The translations under genes were made by a program, and so were the position numbers. DNA of 64,000 bases from a virus (lineage: Duplodnaviria > Heunggongvirae > Uroviricota > Caudoviricetes): IMG/VR virus record IMGVR_UViG_3300025000_000058, one strand, 5' to 3'. The notes below the pieces were generated by a model that saw only the letters and a program-made list of their open reading frames with translations, ran no database searches and was not told the origin of the DNA. This document shows, piece by piece, positions 30,122-39,241 of this stretch (positions are counted from its first letter, which is position 1; every line of letters starts with the position of its first letter).

Positions 30122-31108
30122 TTATTTATTAAAACTCATTAATGTTATATCACATAACAAATCATTTATTTTCTTTCTATCAGGTGAATGTGGTAATTTA
30201 GATTTTTCATAAGCTTCATCTAACTTAATAAACAATTGTTCAGCATGTGATTTTACCTGTTCTAAAGTATACTTACCATGTCTTATATCCAATAAATAAT
30301 CTTTTTCTGGTCTTAAAACATGTAATTCACCTGTCTCTAATATTTCAATACCTTGATTAAGTAATCTAATTAAATGGAGCGAATGTTTTACGTCATATCC
30401 AAAATCCTCAATTAATCCTTTATGTGAACCTATATGATTATGTTGTCCTTTCCCTATTTCTTTTTTAACAATAATAATTTCATCATTTGCTTTATTAACC
30501 ATATTATTATACTCTTGTATTTCATTTGTTAAAGAAATAATCATTTCAGCATCATTATCTGTTATTTCTGTAATACTTTTCTTTAAAATATCAAGTTTAT
30601 ATTCAAGTTTTGTAATATAAATATTATATTGTCTGATACGTTCATTTAAATTATTTAAACGTGTTTTTAATTCATCAACAGGCAATTTATTAGTCAATCT
30701 TTTTAATTGGCTGTAAGCATAGCCACCAAAGGTATGTCTCGCCCTTTTGGTTAAAAACAAAAATTTATTATCCATTATCATTTTACCAATGTCATTATAA
30801 AATATAATATGTTTATCATCAACAAATAAATGTTCAACAATATTTGGGTTACAATTAAATGCTAAATTAAAAAATTTATGCAAACCATAAATAGCAATTT
30901 CAGCTTTTTTTGTTTTATCACCAAAATTATAATATTCTTTAGAAATATATTGTTCAAAATTTTCAAATCCAATAATATATTCTCTTGATGGGATAGTAAT
31001 TGCTCCTAAATCAATGTCACTTGTTTCATGGCTTGTACCATAACTATGACTACCCCTATATACTTTTAATATAATGTTGTCTTCAATCCATTTCATGTTG
31101 TCATCCAA
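30122..31108 (-). CDS. Pol-beta-superfamily nucleotidyltransferase (YcgL/NrdC.11-like) with coiled-coil insert
   Basis: GSHSYG..SDID motif, CNPNIVEHLF, YDVKHSLHLIRLL; probable TTG start at 31108. Confidence 0.8.
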   Translation of the reverse strand: MDDNMKWIEDNIILKVYRGSHSYGTSHETSDIDLGAITIPSREYIIGFENFEQYISKEYYNFGDKTKKAEIAIYGLHKFFNLAFNCNPNIVEHLFVDDKHIIFYNDIGKMIMDNKFLFLTKRARHTFGGYAYSQLKRLTNKLPVDELKTRLNNLNERIRQYNIYITKLEYKLDILKKSITEITDNDAEMIISLTNEIQEYNNMVNKANDEIIIVKKEIGKGQHNHIGSHKGLIEDFGYDVKHSLHLIRLLNQGIEILETGELHVLRPEKDYLLDIRHGKYTLEQVKSHAEQLFIKLDEAYEKSKLPHSPDRKKINDLLCDITLMSFNK

Positions 31109-31148
31109 TATTATCACTCCCTTGTGTTTGTAAGTTTACCTTGCTTGG

Positions 31149-31406
31149 TTATTCAGAATCATTAATGTGTAACTCAATATTCTTATAAGGAATAATTTCT
31201 TTAATGTATTTTTCTTTCTCTTCATAAAAACTTTCTAATGATTTTGTTGACGAATAGATTGTAAAATCATTTATATTAATTAATTTATAAGGATATTTAC
31301 TAGAATTTTCATGCGCTATTAAATATTTATTGCCATCATTAAATACAATAACATCCCCTCTACCAAAGCTTGCAACAGAAGTTTTTCTATTATCTACTAC
31401 TTTCAT
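31149..31406 (-). CDS. Hypothetical protein (85 aa)
   Basis: Strong SD. Confidence 0.65.
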   Translation of the reverse strand: MKVVDNRKTSVASFGRGDVIVFNDGNKYLIAHENSSKYPYKLININDFTIYSSTKSLESFYEEKEKYIKEIIPYKNIELHINDSE

Positions 31407-31420
31407 ATTACAATTCCTCC

Positions 31421-32428
31421 TTAAACAAAATATTTTACTTTATCATATAATATATTAAACGCTTCTATATTATCTGCTGGAGATTCTTTATCTTTTAATA
31501 AGTCACTTTTGGCATCATCATACATAACACCAACTTTACCAAATAACTTAAATCTATCAATAATATTTTTCAAATGTTTTTTTGTAACACCTTTATCCAA
31601 AGCAAATATTGGAGTTGCATTCAATCTTATAATTTGTTCTAGCTGTGCATCTGAAACATCCATACTACCTAGTGCTACACTATTATTAATACCATTACTC
31701 ATAAGTTGCATTACGCCTTTTTCTGCTTCAACAATTATAACTTCTTTATTTTTTTTAATATCTTTGTATGTTTTATCTAAACCAAATAATATTTTACTTT
31801 TTGATGTTGGGTGAAGATATATATACTTTTTTTTATCATCTTCATCTTTTTTATTTATCGCTCTGCCTTTCACCCCGACCAAATTACCAATAGAATCATA
31901 TATGGGCAATGTAATCCTTTCACTTCTCCTGTCAAAACCAATATTAAATAATCTTTGTATTTTGGGTTTGATGCCATCTTTAACAAACCAAATATTAGGA
32001 CATAATTCATAATCATTTAATACTGTTTCAGGAATTGGTTTTACTTTATGATCAATCTCAACTTCATTTCCTTCAATATTATCTAACCACTTTAACAAAC
32101 CTAATTCATCACTATTATCTTCTTCATTGTTTATGTTATAATAATCATATCCGCAAGTATCACATATCCATTTCATGGCTTGTGGAAATGATAATTCTTT
32201 AATAAATTCAACAAGTGATATTACATCTCCACTTACATCTCTTGTGAATACTTTACATATTAATGTGTTGATGTTTACTTGTACTGCCCTTTTATTTTGC
32301 CCTCCTGGTAAAGCACATGTTATCCATTCATTTCTTTCAGTTTTAATATTAGTACAACCTAATTGTTCAAAAATAAAAGCAACTAGGTTGTCTTCAATAA
32401 TTTTATCTTTTAATGTTTGAGCGTTAAT
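31421..32428 (-). CDS. dnaG: DNA primase (TOPRIM), starting at ATT
   Basis: Frame is open from ATT at 32428 (SD GGGGTG 6 nt upstream, TAA just before). N-terminal zinc-binding-type region, ITLPIYD..VGVKGR, IIVEAEKG and FALDKG. Confidence 0.85.
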   Translation of the reverse strand: MNAQTLKDKIIEDNLVAFIFEQLGCTNIKTERNEWITCALPGGQNKRAVQVNINTLICKVFTRDVSGDVISLVEFIKELSFPQAMKWICDTCGYDYYNINNEEDNSDELGLLKWLDNIEGNEVEIDHKVKPIPETVLNDYELCPNIWFVKDGIKPKIQRLFNIGFDRRSERITLPIYDSIGNLVGVKGRAINKKDEDDKKKYIYLHPTSKSKILFGLDKTYKDIKKNKEVIIVEAEKGVMQLMSNGINNSVALGSMDVSDAQLEQIIRLNATPIFALDKGVTKKHLKNIIDRFKLFGKVGVMYDDAKSDLLKDKESPADNIEAFNILYDKVKYFV

Positions 32429-32442
32429 TTATAACACCCCAT

Positions 32443-32982
32443 TTATCCCAACTTTACAGACTCAAATTTATGAAAAATACTTGTTTTTGTATTCATATTA
32501 TAAATAAGTATGTTTTCATAATTATCTTTAATAAATTTCATATGGACTCTAAATGTTTCCATAGAATAATTTAGATTTTTATTAAATGCGTTACCTTTGT
32601 CTTTCTTAATAATAAAAACATCACCACTAATTATAATAACAATATTTGCTCTACGTGCAATTTTTTCAACTTTTTCTGGTAGTTTACAAGCATGTTTTAA
32701 CAATTCTTTTTTAGTAAAAATAATTAAACTAGTTTCTACATCTGCAACAATAGTATTATTGTATTGCGGAACAGATACAAATAACGTACCAATATCTTCT
32801 ATCTCTGCAATTGGCATCATTTCACCTTTTGATTTAGCAGGTAAAATTAAATCTATCCCTACAATTTTAAATAGTTTATTGTTTTTGTAATCTTTTAATT
32901 GTGTTGGAACAAGCCTACCATTTTTATTTAATTTTAAAGAAGTTGTATTCCTTTTCATTGTTACCAAATCGTTAATTTTCAT
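32443..32982 (-). CDS. Hypothetical protein (179 aa)
   Basis: SD GGAGGT. Confidence 0.65.
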   Translation of the reverse strand: MKINDLVTMKRNTTSLKLNKNGRLVPTQLKDYKNNKLFKIVGIDLILPAKSKGEMMPIAEIEDIGTLFVSVPQYNNTIVADVETSLIIFTKKELLKHACKLPEKVEKIARRANIVIIISGDVFIIKKDKGNAFNKNLNYSMETFRVHMKFIKDNYENILIYNMNTKTSIFHKFESVKLG

Positions 32983-33015
32983 TTTGTTACCTCCATATTA
33001 TATTTATTTTAATAA

Positions 33016-33900
33016 TTACCAAGGTCTAAAAATTTCATTATTTTTCAATCTTTCTGAAACAGATAAAGACAATTCGGGTTCACAATATTCGCAAGCAGAT
33101 ATTATACAACTATTATTTTTTTTACAATGTAAATTCATATTTTCAAATTTAAGATGTTGGCATTTCCCATCCGCATTCCTGTAAATACATTTATGAAAAT
33201 AGCAATAACAAGAATTACATTTATTATTTATTATATTCTCTTTCGCATATTTATCAACAGCTTCAATTTTAATAGATTTACCACATTCCATTAAATATTG
33301 TAAATCAATCCCTTTTATAGAATAACCAGTAAAATAACCCCCATCATAAACTGCTTTTGGTACACCAGTGATTTCTTTAACAAAATATTGTGTAAATTCA
33401 TTAGCAAATAAATTTAAATCTTTATGTTTCCCAAAAGGATAATAAGATTTATGTTCAGCTACTTTCATTCCTTCTACTTTAAATTTAAAAATATACTCAT
33501 GATTTTTAGTTGATTCACAATGTAATATTTCAAATTTACCCATCTCTGCCAAAAGAAATAGTATTGTATTAATTCTCAAAATCGTTACATCAATGCTACT
33601 TAATAATTTTTCAATATTTTTATCATTAATATTAAAATATTTAATAATACACGTATTACCATGTTGCAATTTGATAACATATTTCTTCTTTTTATATTTA
33701 TCACTATGATTTATAGTAATTTTATAATCAGGAAATGATTCCTTTAATGCTGTACATAGATTAATAAAATTTTTATCTTGAAATATTTCTGTATGTTTGT
33801 CCATTTGGTGTTGTGCATATTCCATAGGGTCAGTTGTGGCAAAATCACATGATTTACATGAATAAATTACAGGTGTTAAAGATATATTTTTGTTTAACAT
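33016..33900 (-). CDS. Hypothetical protein with N-terminal C2H2-like and C-terminal Cys-rich motifs
   Basis: CKSC...H...H at the N-terminus; Cys cluster at the C-terminus. Confidence 0.6.
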   Translation of the reverse strand: MLNKNISLTPVIYSCKSCDFATTDPMEYAQHQMDKHTEIFQDKNFINLCTALKESFPDYKITINHSDKYKKKKYVIKLQHGNTCIIKYFNINDKNIEKLLSSIDVTILRINTILFLLAEMGKFEILHCESTKNHEYIFKFKVEGMKVAEHKSYYPFGKHKDLNLFANEFTQYFVKEITGVPKAVYDGGYFTGYSIKGIDLQYLMECGKSIKIEAVDKYAKENIINNKCNSCYCYFHKCIYRNADGKCQHLKFENMNLHCKKNNSCIISACEYCEPELSLSVSERLKNNEIFRPW

Positions 33901-33924
33901 AATATACTCTCTCCTTTGTTTAAT

Positions 33925-35364
33925 TTATTTTTTTATTTTATTATATTTTAACAAACCCAATTCAATCCAAGTATTATTTCCTCTGTCTACTTCATAACAT
34001 ATCCATAAGTTATCTAAACCACCTCTATTTTTATCAATAACCATAGCATAATATGTTTTACTTGGACTTAAATCAATTCTGCCATACTCATCACTATCTA
34101 TATAATAATCTTCATACTCAGCTTTATTTAATTCTCTTGCCATTAATAAAACATCTAAAACATGCTTAATGTGCTTCGCTCCACTTATAGATTGACTAGA
34201 TAACATTTTGTCAAACAATGATTCATCAGTAAGCTGACCTGTTATAAATCCTGCAACATCTAAATCATTGCATAAATCTTTTAGCAATCTAGCACTCTCT
34301 GCGAATTTTTCCCATGTAGCCAAACCACTCATACTTTTGTCTAATCGCATTGGTTTGAAAGTATCTACTATAAAATGTTCAACACCATATTTTAATTTAT
34401 GTTTTTTAATTATGCGTGTTAAAGTTTTTACATCCCATTTCTTTAAACTTACAAAATATATATTTGTATTTTTTTCAATCCATGTTGATGCTTTAATACA
34501 TAATAAATTTTTTTTAGAATCGTTATGAGCACGACCAGTAACAATTTCTGCTTCATTGATTAAAATATTACTTTTACTATAAAATATGTTATTAATTACA
34601 GAACTTAGTAGCATTGCGTTCCATTCTTCAACATCTTGCTCATTAACCAATATTAATAAAGGGACTTTGTTTACAATACTTGTGTGAGTTATTATTCTAC
34701 TCATTATCCTACTTTTACCACGACCAGAATGCATACAACACATATGCAATTTCTTTTTTCGCATTCCTCTGATAAAACTATCTAATATAGGAAAAGGCAA
34801 TGATATTCCAATGGAAGGATTTTTACCCCAATTATCATACACTTCAACCATGTTTTTCCCCAGTAAAACGCTATCTTCAACACCTTTAATTTTCATTTGA
34901 ATCTGATTTAATTGGTATTCAACGCTTTCTATAATCTGTTCTGGAGTAATTTTATCAATTACTTTTAAAATTGGTTCAATAGGGAAATTCTTTTCATGTA
35001 ATTCCCTCAATATAGTATATTTCTGCAATGTATTAAAGTATATGTCTTTATCTTTTAAATCACAATTATTCTTTAATCTTTTTAAAGTTGTCCAACCATT
35101 ATACTTTTTATATAATTTCTTTTTTATTTCATCTTCTTCAAGATAAACATTAATTTTAATTTCATCAATATTCTCATATTTTTTTACAAAAAATAAATCT
35201 TGAAGAAGCTTATAAAAAAACAGTGCCATTGGAGAACTAAAATATGATTCATGTGGATAAATCTTATCATAATAATCCAATAGCAAACTATTATCTTTTA
35301 GCAGACAACCTAACATTAATGCTTCTGCCCCTGTATTACATAAATCTTTCTTGTCTATTGCCAT
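33925..35364 (-). CDS. dnaB: Replicative DNA helicase (DnaB-like)
   Basis: AEALMLGCLL N-terminus, SGRGKS Walker A, FIVDT Walker B, GQL and DKNRGG motifs. Confidence 0.88.
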   Translation of the reverse strand: MAIDKKDLCNTGAEALMLGCLLKDNSLLLDYYDKIYPHESYFSSPMALFFYKLLQDLFFVKKYENIDEIKINVYLEEDEIKKKLYKKYNGWTTLKRLKNNCDLKDKDIYFNTLQKYTILRELHEKNFPIEPILKVIDKITPEQIIESVEYQLNQIQMKIKGVEDSVLLGKNMVEVYDNWGKNPSIGISLPFPILDSFIRGMRKKKLHMCCMHSGRGKSRIMSRIITHTSIVNKVPLLILVNEQDVEEWNAMLLSSVINNIFYSKSNILINEAEIVTGRAHNDSKKNLLCIKASTWIEKNTNIYFVSLKKWDVKTLTRIIKKHKLKYGVEHFIVDTFKPMRLDKSMSGLATWEKFAESARLLKDLCNDLDVAGFITGQLTDESLFDKMLSSQSISGAKHIKHVLDVLLMARELNKAEYEDYYIDSDEYGRIDLSPSKTYYAMVIDKNRGGLDNLWICYEVDRGNNTWIELGLLKYNKIKK

Positions 35365-35381
35365 ACATTATCCACCATCCT

Positions 35382-35639
35382 TTAACTGGCAAGCAACTCT
35401 CCATACATACCATTGTTACATATAATATTTTGAATTCTTACCAGCAAATTATCAAAGAATTTAATATCTTTATAATAATATTCTGCTTCACACCAATTTC
35501 TAACACGTAAATCAATATCATTTTCAGGGTTTCTAACATCATTCTTAAACATTGGAAATCTTTTATATGGATTATAATTTGTAACTTTCATATCCATAAC
35601 TTCTTGAACACTGTATATTTTATTATTGTTTAAGTTCAT
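35382..35639 (-). CDS. Hypothetical protein (85 aa)
   Basis: SD present. Confidence 0.6.
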   Translation of the reverse strand: MNLNNNKIYSVQEVMDMKVTNYNPYKRFPMFKNDVRNPENDIDLRVRNWCEAEYYYKDIKFFDNLLVRIQNIICNNGMYGELLAS

Positions 35640-35657
35640 GTTATTATCTCCTTTTTA

Positions 35658-36215
35658 TTATTCAAATAAAGTTGTTATATCTACTTCATTAGAATTGTTT
35701 TTTATTTTATTTTCAACACGTTTGCTTTCATCAATTTTGTGAATTACTATATTGTCATTAGTAGTATCAGTTTGTTCTTTAATTATTTCCATCTCTCTGT
35801 GCAATTCGCTAATACATTGTTTAATAATAGCAAATACATACCTCCAAGGTTTACCTGCCTTTAAATGATGTTTAATAATTAAATTCTTTTTAATAAATGC
35901 TCTTTCCATTAAAGCATAGTCATAACCCTCTTTGATTTTTCCTTTCCTGCCCAAAGCTGGTTCTTCACCATTTCTTAAGTCCCTTAAATCTTGAATCATA
36001 TATTGATCTAATTGTGGGATTTTAAAAATTTTTAAAATTACTTCTCTTAAACTTCCAAATGAATCATAATCTTCTTTCCATGATTCATAACATTCTTTAT
36101 GAGCATTTCTTTTTTGTGTTGACTTGCCAGTATATGTTGTATGCTCATATTGAATACGCTCATTAACATGTACTGGTTCTTTACAATGCCAACACTTTAC
36201 ATATTCTCTTGCCAT
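35658..36215 (-). CDS. Zinc-binding replication-associated protein (SPbeta YorH-like position)
   Basis: CWHC...HKEC; located upstream of the helicase. Confidence 0.55.
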   Translation of the reverse strand: MAREYVKCWHCKEPVHVNERIQYEHTTYTGKSTQKRNAHKECYESWKEDYDSFGSLREVILKIFKIPQLDQYMIQDLRDLRNGEEPALGRKGKIKEGYDYALMERAFIKKNLIIKHHLKAGKPWRYVFAIIKQCISELHREMEIIKEQTDTTNDNIVIHKIDESKRVENKIKNNSNEVDITTLFE

Positions 36216-36796
36216 TATATCACCTTATTACTAATTATATTTTTTATATAAATTTTTACTTGTTTTTGAAGTTTATCTTTCAACTCTTCAATTGTACCAT
36301 TGTTTTCAACAATAATATCAAATACAAAATTGTCTAAATCTGTTTCTGATGCATGTTGATTAAGTTCATCTCCTGCAACATTATAGTTTGGTCTATTAAT
36401 TCTTAAAGTGATAATGCTATCAACTAAATTCTTTTTTTGTAATTTTTTAAAAAAATCATAATTAACTTTTTCTCTAAATGACTCAATTAATGCAATAGAT
36501 TCTGTAGCATACCCTACATATGGCATTATATCTCTTTCCCATACTCTACGTGCCATATGGTAAGGATAAAATTCAGTACCTACACGATATATTTCAGCCA
36601 TTAATTTTCTGCTTTCAGGCGTATCAAAACCATTCCAATAAAAATCATTAAAGCATAACTCCCTAATATAAGTAGACAAACTGCATTGTATTACATTATT
36701 ATATAAAGGAGAAAGCAGAGAATTTAACAAGTTCCCTGCTGTACCTTTCCCACTTCCACTTTTTCCTGATATTAATAGTATATCTGGTTTAATCAT
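36215..36796 (-). CDS. Deoxynucleoside monophosphate kinase-like protein
   Basis: ISGKSGSGKG P-loop, ESFR, HASETDLD. Confidence 0.8.
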   Translation of the reverse strand: MIKPDILLISGKSGSGKGTAGNLLNSLLSPLYNNVIQCSLSTYIRELCFNDFYWNGFDTPESRKLMAEIYRVGTEFYPYHMARRVWERDIMPYVGYATESIALIESFREKVNYDFFKKLQKKNLVDSIITLRINRPNYNVAGDELNQHASETDLDNFVFDIIVENNGTIEELKDKLQKQVKIYIKNIISNKVI

Positions 36797-36816
36797 ATAA
36801 TATTAAATATCCTCCT

Positions 36817-37068
36817 TTACTGCTTGGAATTAGACTCATGAATAAAGTTGTCCTTAATTTTGACAATTGTTTTAGTCGTATTTGCTACTTCAGCAAATAT
36901 AGTATTATTTAATTCATTTAATTGTCTAATTTTCATTGCGTTTTTCTCATGAATAGTTTGCAGTTTTGCAACATTATTTTCTAATTTATTTACAATTTTT
37001 ACAAATATATTAACTGCACCTTTAATTGCGTTTTGATATCTTTTCATCATAAACATTGTCATAAACAT
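36817..37068 (-). CDS. Coiled-coil hypothetical protein
   Basis: SD present. Confidence 0.6.
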   Translation of the reverse strand: MFMTMFMMKRYQNAIKGAVNIFVKIVNKLENNVAKLQTIHEKNAMKIRQLNELNNTIFAEVANTTKTIVKIKDNFIHESNSKQ

Positions 37069-37111
37069 ATTGTTATAACCTCCATTTATTGTTATATTTA
37101 ATATTTTAAAT

Positions 37112-38251
37112 TTACTCTTGTTCTAGGGCAATTAAATTTTCCATTACTTGCTTTGCTGTATCTAAATCTTTAACAAAATCAAAATTTCTATTGTTATTCA
37201 TTGCTTTTTTAATATCAATTGGTTTAACTTTTTTTACCCTTAATTCTTTTGCTTTTGTTTCTAACTGAGTAAGCATTTCTTCTAATGTGTATTCTGCATC
37301 TTCTTTTTCCTTATTGGTAGTAGTATCACTATCTGTTGTTTCATTGTTTTTAATTTTCTTTTGTTCTTCCAGATAGGTTTTTGTTTTTATGCTTTTCTCT
37401 TCTTGTTGCTCTTCTGCAATTTCATCAATATCTTTATCCAACTGTTCCAATTCTGCTCTTACAGCTTGTTTAAATACTTCAATAAACTCGTTTACGTTAT
37501 ATTCAATTCTTTCAGGAACTTTTGTAAATCTTCCTCCTGCTTCAACATACCCATCTGTTCTAAAATACATATATCTTTTTGATACAGTATCTCCAGTGTC
37601 TTTGTCTTTTTCTTTTTCTGCTGTAATAAATATAATAAAATCTGCCATGTTAATAAATATTTCTCTTGCAGAACTAGGCATTGAAACAATTAATTGATCA
37701 AATTTTTGTCCATCTCTTTGTTCTACTTCTTTATCTTTAGAGTGTGTTAATACCCATACTCCATAACCAGCTTTCATTAGTCTGTTAATTTGTGTTCTAA
37801 TTTTTTGTTTAGCCCTTTGATAACCTACACCAAATCCTTGATCACTTTTACCTTTTGCACCAACACCAGAAATATCTGCTGTCCTCTTAGTAGGATTCTT
37901 AATGTTCCATTCTTTGATTACAGCATCACAAGCCCAATCCCAACAAAGATCACCTGTATCAATTCCTATTATTTTAAAAGGCAATTCTTCTTTTTTCTCA
38001 ACTAACTGGTCTACAGCTTCTTCAAAATCATCAAAATCATTAATATCTTGTGGAACAACTTGTAAAGCTGTATAACCTTTTTCAAAAGCTAATAATAAAC
38101 CTTTTGTAATATCTCCAAAATATAATTTAATCAATGATGCAAATAATGCTGTTTTCCCAACTTTAGGTATTCCTGCTATGACAAAAGAATAGTCTTCAAT
38201 AGCCACTTGTGGTACATTAATTTTAAAATTACTTAAATCAAAATCTGCCAA
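37112..38251 (-). CDS. AAA_24-type ATP-binding protein (Sak4/YorG-like)
   Basis: GIPKVGKT Walker A, IIGIDT Walker B, LTHSK and AGGRF. Confidence 0.75.
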   Translation of the reverse strand: MADFDLSNFKINVPQVAIEDYSFVIAGIPKVGKTALFASLIKLYFGDITKGLLLAFEKGYTALQVVPQDINDFDDFEEAVDQLVEKKEELPFKIIGIDTGDLCWDWACDAVIKEWNIKNPTKRTADISGVGAKGKSDQGFGVGYQRAKQKIRTQINRLMKAGYGVWVLTHSKDKEVEQRDGQKFDQLIVSMPSSAREIFINMADFIIFITAEKEKDKDTGDTVSKRYMYFRTDGYVEAGGRFTKVPERIEYNVNEFIEVFKQAVRAELEQLDKDIDEIAEEQQEEKSIKTKTYLEEQKKIKNNETTDSDTTTNKEKEDAEYTLEEMLTQLETKAKELRVKKVKPIDIKKAMNNNRNFDFVKDLDTAKQVMENLIALEQE

Positions 38252-38264
38252 TCTTTATACACTC

Positions 38265-38318
38265 TCCTTAACAAAATATTTTGTTAAGGAATCAGTTTTG
38301 TTATGTTTAAGATTCCTT
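38265..38318 (-). promoter_or_regulatory. Two mutually exclusive hairpins over the SD of the ATPase gene
   Basis: 26-bp perfect palindrome at 38265-38290 includes AAGGA of the SD; competing 8-bp stem 38286-38293/38311-38318. Confidence 0.5.
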
Positions 38319-38358
38319 CTTGTTATTAAGATTAAATATTATTATAAATATTATTATT

Positions 38359-39126
38359 TTATATTACTCTTATTTTGTTATAAAAATCATTATATTTATC
38401 AATTATATCCCATCTATCTTTAAATATATTGTATTTACTGTCGCTATTATATGGTATTTCTAGTGTTTTTATTCTTAATACTGTACTAGGTATAATATAT
38501 ATTTTATTATTATTCATTTCCTTATCCACTGCAAATGCCATATATATATCACATGAACTATATATTTTTTTTAATCTGAATACATAAGATTTATAATAAA
38601 TATCTGTATTATGTCCTTTTTTAATATTAGTATTTGCCATTTTAACGTCTATTTTAATATTATTATTAACTAATAAATCAAAATGACATTTTACAGCCAT
38701 CTTATCTACTTTATATCCTTTGGATTCTAATAATGTTTTTGCTATAAATTCATATTCGTTACCTATTAATCCTTTACATTCTTTAGAAGTTAAATTTAAT
38801 TTATTAGTCCAATATCGAAAACCACCATTTTTACATATTTTATTTGCAATACTACTATTGTTATATACGTCTTTTATTTCATTTAATGTTGGCATTCTAT
38901 TAAGTTCTAATACATCTATTACTTTTTTAATTCCTGATATAATTTCAACTTCAATATCTTCTAAATACTTTAACTTATTATGTTCTATTTTGGTTAAAAT
39001 ATTTAAAGTTTTTGCCCATTTCACATAACCACCTGTTTTTTCTATTTGTGCAGTTAAGCTATGACTACCCCTATATTTTATTATATCTTCTCTACTTGGC
39101 ATACATTCTAAATTCAATGCTTTCAT
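38359..39126 (-). CDS. Freestanding endonuclease-like protein: two N-terminal repeats plus PD-(D/E)XK domain
   Basis: Repeats MPS...GGYVKWA and MPT...GGFRYWT; FDLLVNNNIKIDVK. Possible upstream ATA/ATT start at 39165-39168. Confidence 0.65.
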   Translation of the reverse strand: MKALNLECMPSREDIIKYRGSHSLTAQIEKTGGYVKWAKTLNILTKIEHNKLKYLEDIEVEIISGIKKVIDVLELNRMPTLNEIKDVYNNSSIANKICKNGGFRYWTNKLNLTSKECKGLIGNEYEFIAKTLLESKGYKVDKMAVKCHFDLLVNNNIKIDVKMANTNIKKGHNTDIYYKSYVFRLKKIYSSCDIYMAFAVDKEMNNNKIYIIPSTVLRIKTLEIPYNSDSKYNIFKDRWDIIDKYNDFYNKIRVI

Positions 39127-39241
39127 AACTTCTCCTATTTCCTGCTCAATTACATTTAAATCTATAATAATAACCTCCTTTCTAGTATATAGTAATATAC
39201 TATATACTTAATATTTTTATTTCACTGATTTATCAATTATA

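Noticed and set aside
31421-32440. Primase apparently truncated or split in the ORF track
   Set aside because: The frame is continuous up to the ATT at 32428. The + strand ORF at 32175-32420 is its antisense shadow.
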